A stretch of 64,000 nt of DNA from an uncultured Methyloversatilis sp. GTDB lineage: Bacteria; Pseudomonadota; Gammaproteobacteria; Burkholderiales; Rhodocyclaceae. Every line of letters begins with the position of its first letter. Position 1 is the first letter of the stretch. The DNA is taken from the NCBI GenBank assembly GCA_964478415.1, contig CAYZII010000003.1, positions 468-64,467 of the forward strand, read 5' to 3'. The notes under the pieces were generated by a model, which saw only the letters and a program-made list of their open reading frames with translations, was not told where the DNA came from and made no database searches. Both the position numbers and the translations under genes were made by a program. Below, piece after piece: positions 60,125 to 64,000 of this stretch.

Positions 60125-61330
60125 TCACGCCTCCGCTTTGGGCTTGGCTTCTTTGGTCTTTTCCAGTTCGGCGGCCTGATGCGACAGGCCAAGATTCCTC
60201 GCCAGCATCGCCGCACCGCCCGCCGCCGCACCGGCGATCGCCGCCAGCGCCGCCGCCGAAGCGAAGCTCGACCCCTTGCCGACCTCTTCGCTGATGCGTG
60301 GATACTGCAAGGGCGGCGCGACATTGAGCATCTTTGCGACGGTGTGGATCGGCTTGGTGAAACCGACACCCTTCTCGGTACAGCCGATGCAGGGGTGACC
60401 GCAGCCGACCGGCCAGTTGCCCTCGCCGGCATCGCCGAAGCCAATCGTCGGGCAGTTGGCATAGGTTTCCGGCCCCTTGCAGCCGAGCTTGTAGAGGCAA
60501 TAACCTTTCCGATGTCCCTCATCGCCGAAGGCCATCGCGAAGCGGCCGGCGTCGAAATGGGCACGGCGCTCGCAGTTCTCATGGATCAGGCGACCGTAGG
60601 CGAACAGCGGCCGGCCAAGCTTATCGGTTGCCGGCAAGCTACCGAAAGTCAGAAAATGCACGGCCGTGGCGAGGAAGTTGTAGGGGTTGGGCGGGCAGCC
60701 GGGGATCGTCACCACCGGTTTGCCGAGAATCTCTGCGGCACCCGCCGAACCGGTGGGACTCGAATCCCAGCCGGAAATCGATGGCACCGTGGAAGGCATG
60801 CCGCCCCACGAAGCGCAGGAACCGATCGCGATCACCGCCGCCGCATCCGCCGCACATTCCTTGAGCAGATCGATCGCGGTATGGCCGCCGATCTTGCAGT
60901 AGATGCCGTTTTCCTTGGTCGGGATCGCGCCCTCGACGACGAGGATGTACTTGCCCTTGTTCGCGGCCATCGCATCCTTGCGCGCTTTCTCGGCCTGGTG
61001 GCCGGCCGCCGCCATCAACGTCTCGTGGTAATCGAGCGAGATCACGTCGAGGATCAGCTTCTCCAGTGTCGGATGCTCGGCACGCAGTAGCGACTCGGAA
61101 CAGCCAGTGCACTCCTGGAAATGCAGCCAGATCACCGATGGCCGCTTCGCCGATTCGATTGCCTTCGCCACCGACGCTTCGGCGCCGGCAGGCAACCCCA
61201 GGGTGCCGGCAAGCCCGGCACAGAATTTGAGAAAGTCACGGCGCGGCATGCCGAGCCGCCGTTCGAGATCTTCCGGTCCCTGCCAATCGAAATCGGACTG
61301 GAACCCAATGCCAGTCGTGTTCGGCTTCAT
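60125..61330 (-). CDS. hybO: [NiFe] hydrogenase small subunit, Tat signal
   Basis: 401 aa. RRDFLKF. WLHFQECTGCSES. C-terminal hydrophobic anchor. Confidence 0.95.
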   Translation of the reverse strand: MKPNTTGIGFQSDFDWQGPEDLERRLGMPRRDFLKFCAGLAGTLGLPAGAEASVAKAIESAKRPSVIWLHFQECTGCSESLLRAEHPTLEKLILDVISLDYHETLMAAAGHQAEKARKDAMAANKGKYILVVEGAIPTKENGIYCKIGGHTAIDLLKECAADAAAVIAIGSCASWGGMPSTVPSISGWDSSPTGSAGAAEILGKPVVTIPGCPPNPYNFLATAVHFLTFGSLPATDKLGRPLFAYGRLIHENCERRAHFDAGRFAMAFGDEGHRKGYCLYKLGCKGPETYANCPTIGFGDAGEGNWPVGCGHPCIGCTEKGVGFTKPIHTVAKMLNVAPPLQYPRISEEVGKGSSFASAAALAAIAGAAAGGAAMLARNLGLSHQAAELEKTKEAKPKAEA

Positions 61331-61463
61331 GGTGTGGCTTTCCTCCTGTTTTTTCCGCTCTAACGCCGCATCGCCGACCTCGGGCCACCCGCGGTCAATG
61401 AAACGCAGGCGGCCACGGTCGGCAGTTCAGGCGTTCCACGCTACGCGGCCCCCTGGATGCGTA

Positions 61464-61479
61464 TGCAGGATTTAGGCCA
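61464..61479 (-). promoter_or_regulatory. Sigma-54-like promoter upstream of hybO
   Basis: Minus strand reads TGGCCTAAATCCTGCA. GG and GC elements have the canonical spacing of TGGCAC-N5-TTGCA. About 134 nt upstream of the hybO ATG. Confidence 0.5.
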
Positions 61480-61568
61480 GGCTGTCAAAGACAAGGCGGA
61501 AATCAAAAATTCAATGTCTTACGCCCGACCAAGCACACCCGAAAAGACCTCGAATGATTATTTACTAA

Positions 61569-62936
61569 TCACTCCTGATAACCAGTTTCCGGAAGTGGCA
61601 GTGTGAGCCGAAACACCGCCCCCCCATGTGGATGGTTGGCGGCGGCTAGCTCTCCGCCGTGGCGCTCGACAATACCGTAACTGATCGCCAAGCCGAGCCC
61701 CGTGCCTTGACCGACCGGTTTCGTGGTGAAGAAAGGATCGAACAGTCGTGGCAGGTTTTCCGCCGCGATGCCAGGGCCGTTGTCGTGGAATTCGATGATG
61801 GCGTGTCTCTCTTCGCTGCGGCCGCTGATTTCGAGCCGCGGTTGAAGAACCTTCGCGGTGGCATCGGCAGCGTTCTGCACCAGGTTCATCACCACCTGCT
61901 GAATCTGGCCGGGAATGCCTTCGACGATCAGCTGCGGCGGCAGATCACGCACGATCTCGAGCCGCGCACCTACGCCCTTGCCAACCCAGTGCAAGGCGCG
62001 TTCGATCACCGCGACGAGATCGAAACGCTCACGCTCGCCGCCACCGCGTGCCGAAAAGCGTTTCAAGGCATCGACGATGTCACGCGTGCGTTCCGCGCCT
62101 TCGAGCAGGCCGTCGATCAGCGAAGGCAGATCGGCGAGCAGCCGGTCGATGCGCAAATCGCGGCGCAATTTGGTTAGCGCGGCGGCCTCCGTGCCTCGAT
62201 GCACGGCGTCGAGATAACGCTGCAGCCGCTCAGCATAGCGCTTCAGCGTCACCGCATTGCCATAGACGAAGCTGATCGGATTGTTGAGCTCGTGCGCCAC
62301 ACCGGCGACCAGACGGCCGAGCGAGGCCATCTTCTCCGACTGCACGAGCTGTTGCTGCGCGGTCTTCAAGTCCTCGTGCGCGCGGCGCAGCGCCTGATAG
62401 GCCCGCCGCAACTCGCCGATCGGGCGCCCGGTGATCACATAGCCGAGCAACTTGCCGGTTCCCCCAAAGCGTGGCGTCCAGTTCATCGAGACAGGGATCA
62501 CGCTGCCGTTGGCCGCCTTGAGCCGCATTTCGCAATCTTCGACCGGCGCATCACGCTGTTCGGCAAACAGTTTCGTGGCATGGGCGCGCGATTCTTCGTC
62601 GGCGAACAGGTCGAACACCGGTCGCCTCTTCAGCGCCTCGGCTTCCATGCCGAGCATCGAGGCGAGCGCAGGATTGACGCTCTCGATGATGCCGGCGCGG
62701 TTGCAGACGATCAGCATGTCGGACATCGCGGTGAGCACCGAGGCGATGAACTGCTGCGATTCCTCGAGCGCGGCGTTTTTCTCTTCGAGCGTCACCTCGT
62801 ATTGCAGGAGATCGTTGTAGACCTCATCCATCTTGCGGATGACGTCGAGCCAGACCTCTTCGCCCGCCGCGGCGCCGGCACGCGCGACGAGATCATCGAA
62901 GGCGGCGATGGGCGAATCTTTTTGTGACCTTTTCAT
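61569..62936 (-). CDS. PAS-HisKA-HATPase soluble histidine kinase (HoxJ/HupT-like by context)
   Basis: 455 aa with no TM segment. H-box VAGVAHELNNP. G-boxes DNGPGI, GTGLGL. Lies next to a regulatory hydrogenase gene. Confidence 0.8.
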   Translation of the reverse strand: MKRSQKDSPIAAFDDLVARAGAAAGEEVWLDVIRKMDEVYNDLLQYEVTLEEKNAALEESQQFIASVLTAMSDMLIVCNRAGIIESVNPALASMLGMEAEALKRRPVFDLFADEESRAHATKLFAEQRDAPVEDCEMRLKAANGSVIPVSMNWTPRFGGTGKLLGYVITGRPIGELRRAYQALRRAHEDLKTAQQQLVQSEKMASLGRLVAGVAHELNNPISFVYGNAVTLKRYAERLQRYLDAVHRGTEAAALTKLRRDLRIDRLLADLPSLIDGLLEGAERTRDIVDALKRFSARGGGERERFDLVAVIERALHWVGKGVGARLEIVRDLPPQLIVEGIPGQIQQVVMNLVQNAADATAKVLQPRLEISGRSEERHAIIEFHDNGPGIAAENLPRLFDPFFTTKPVGQGTGLGLAISYGIVERHGGELAAANHPHGGAVFRLTLPLPETGYQE

Positions 62937-62981
62937 GCCGAAATTCTGCGCTGGTAGGACGGCACAGTGACGGGGATACGC

Positions 62982-63380
62982 CTAGAGCGCAGACCAGTCG
63001 AGCACAGGCAAGCCCGGCACATGGGCAAAAGCGTGATCGGCACTGACGAGCGTGCAACCGGCGGCCAACGCATGCGTGGCGATGAGCAGATCCATCGGAG
63101 CCAGGGGTGTGCCGCGCGTCTCCAGATCGCTACGCAGGCGCGCATAACATTGTGCGCACTCCGAATCCCAAGGCATCACTGGCGCGATGATCAGGAACTG
63201 CTCGACGATACGGCGTAAATTGGCGTTGATCGGCCGGCGCACCAAGCCGTAGCGAAGCTCGGCTTCCGTGATGACCGAGATGCAGAAGGACTGCTCGGCG
63301 ATGCGTTGGGCAAGCCGGGAAGCAGCGCCTTTGACCAGCGCAGACACGGCATTGGTGTCGAGCATCAGCGTCGGGCTCAT
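62982..63380 (-). CDS. vapC: PIN-domain toxin VapC
   Basis: 132 aa. [11 protein letters not shown]...ITEAELRYG...DLLIATHA. 4-nt overlap with vapB. Confidence 0.85.
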   Translation of the reverse strand: MSPTLMLDTNAVSALVKGAASRLAQRIAEQSFCISVITEAELRYGLVRRPINANLRRIVEQFLIIAPVMPWDSECAQCYARLRSDLETRGTPLAPMDLLIATHALAAGCTLVSADHAFAHVPGLPVLDWSAL

Positions 63381-63634
63381 GGCCAGTCGCGTTCGCTGGC
63401 TGGACCCTGATCCCGCAAATCATCCAAAGCGGACAACTCTTCCTCGGAAATTCCAGCGAGCAATTGATCACGCAGCTTCAGCCAGTCGAGGAACTTACGG
63501 TTGCAGGGGCTCAGGATCACCTCACCCGTCTCCGGATCGCGGCGGATCAGCACTTCATCGCCCTCGAAGCGAAACTCCGCCGGCAGGCGCACCGCCTGAC
63601 TGCGGCCATTCTTGAACAATTTGGCGGTTTGCAT
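63377..63634 (-). CDS. vapB: AbrB/SpoVT-type antitoxin VapB
   Basis: ATG 63634. [32 protein letters not shown]. Confidence 0.8.
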   Translation of the reverse strand: MQTAKLFKNGRSQAVRLPAEFRFEGDEVLIRRDPETGEVILSPCNRKFLDWLKLRDQLLAGISEEELSALDDLRDQGPASERDWP

Positions 63635-63652
63635 CGCGAGACCCCCTTCATG

Positions 63653-63666
63653 ATGGTATATACCAT
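63653..63666. promoter_or_regulatory. Perfect 14-bp palindrome ATGGTATATACCAT, candidate vapBC operator/promoter
   Basis: Lies 19 nt upstream of the vapB ATG in an AT-rich patch. Contains TATA-like hexamers on both strands. Confidence 0.5.
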
Positions 63667-63701
63667 GTCTTATACCACCGACAGGAAAAGGTTGCAAGAA
63701 T

Positions 63702-64000
63702 TCAATGCACCGTGCACACCATGCAAGGATCGAAGCTGCGCACCACGTGATGGACGGCGGCCGGGATCGTGCCATGCTCCGGCACGGATAGACCGACGAG
63801 CGCCTGCTCCAGGGGGCCGGGCTGGCCGATAGCGTCGCGCGGCGAGAAATTCCAGGTGGTCGGCGCGACGATCTGGTAGCCGTGGATCACACCGCGCCGC
63901 ACCGTGAGCCAGTGGCCGAGCGCGCCACGTGCCGCCTCGACGAGGCCGACGCCGCTGCAATCGTCGGCCAGCGGCTTGTGCCGACACCAGGGCGCGGCGA
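63702..64000 (-). CDS. Regulatory (H2-sensing) [NiFe] hydrogenase large subunit, 3' part (HoxC/HupV-like), partial
   Basis: Frame stays open to the window edge: ...[36 protein letters not shown]...[11 protein letters not shown] then stop directly after the final His (no C-terminal extension). Confidence 0.8.
   Translation of the reverse strand, partial: AAPWCRHKPLADDCSGVGLVEAARGALGHWLTVRRGVIHGYQIVAPTTWNFSPRDAIGQPGPLEQALVGLSVPEHGTIPAAVHHVVRSFDPCMVCTVH

Noticed and set aside
60124-60582. N-terminal 153-aa extension of the hybA ORF
   Set aside because: It overlaps the hybO 3' region in another frame and is Arg/Ser/Pro-rich. The internal ATG 60123 has a GGAGG Shine-Dalgarno sequence and yields a proper Tat signal.
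61501-61516. AT-rich AATCAAAAATTCAATG upstream of the sigma-54-like promoter, considered as an IHF or FNR site
   Set aside because: The half-sites do not form the TTGAT-N4-ATCAA palindrome, and the IHF consensus is only partly matched (TCA instead of TTR).
63541-63590. Reverse-strand similarity of vapB codons ([10 protein letters not shown]) to the repeat core
   Set aside because: xLPxEFRF is a native conserved motif of AbrB-type antitoxins. The nucleotide match to the core is poor outside GAGTTTCG.

Overview
High-GC, densely coding chromosomal segment with betaproteobacterial-looking gene content; the taxon cannot be proven from this window. No rRNA, tRNA, CRISPR array, transposase or integrase was seen.

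Gene order, left to right:
- Tail of a nos-type accessory operon: nosF-nosL-nosY plus a TlpA-like thioredoxin.
- Menaquinone (men) cluster in two parts. Part one is ubiE/menG-menA-menB(in-frame stop)-[DUF433/DUF5615 toxin-antitoxin pair]-menC. Part two is menE-menF-menD. A minus-strand block separates them: TauE-like permease, PhnD-like binding protein, HAMP-PAS-GGDEF-EAL sensor.
- A haem-type DUF3365-GGDEF-EAL sensor.
- Denitrification accessory region preceded by two FNR-type boxes: nosD paralog, dihaem cytochrome c, norE, norF-like, a frameshifted pentapeptide-repeat gene, norQ-orf130-norD. No catalytic nor/nos subunit is present. It is followed by a radical SAM/SPASM gene coupled to an HPP-family membrane protein.
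- Housekeeping block: fur, bamE, dapB, carAB, greA, aldolase/mtnA, secA, M23 peptidase, DUF721, lpxC, crp/fnr regulator, xthA, prlC, purC.
- Proteostasis cluster: degP-like, ftsH, M48/htpX-like, cbpM, cbpA, divergent hsp20. It has back-to-back sigma-32-like promoters.
- Hyb-type [NiFe] hydrogenase operon hybO-hybA-hybB-hybC-hyaD-hybE-hypA-hypB-hypF behind a sigma-54-like promoter.
- H2-sensing module: regulatory hydrogenase large subunit 3' end, an inserted vapBC pair, then a hoxJ/hupT-like kinase.

Most unusual signal: a dispersed ~27-nt motif (hand consensus GTGCCGTCCCGCCAGCGCCGAGTTTTC) occurs at least 13 times, 11 of them in the same orientation.
- Two 83-nt structured versions sit in frame inside menC and menD.
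- One intergenic copy has compensatory stem changes.
- Some copies sit exactly at gene junctions.

All start codons and motif coordinates were assigned by eye and cross-checked against the supplied ORF frames.
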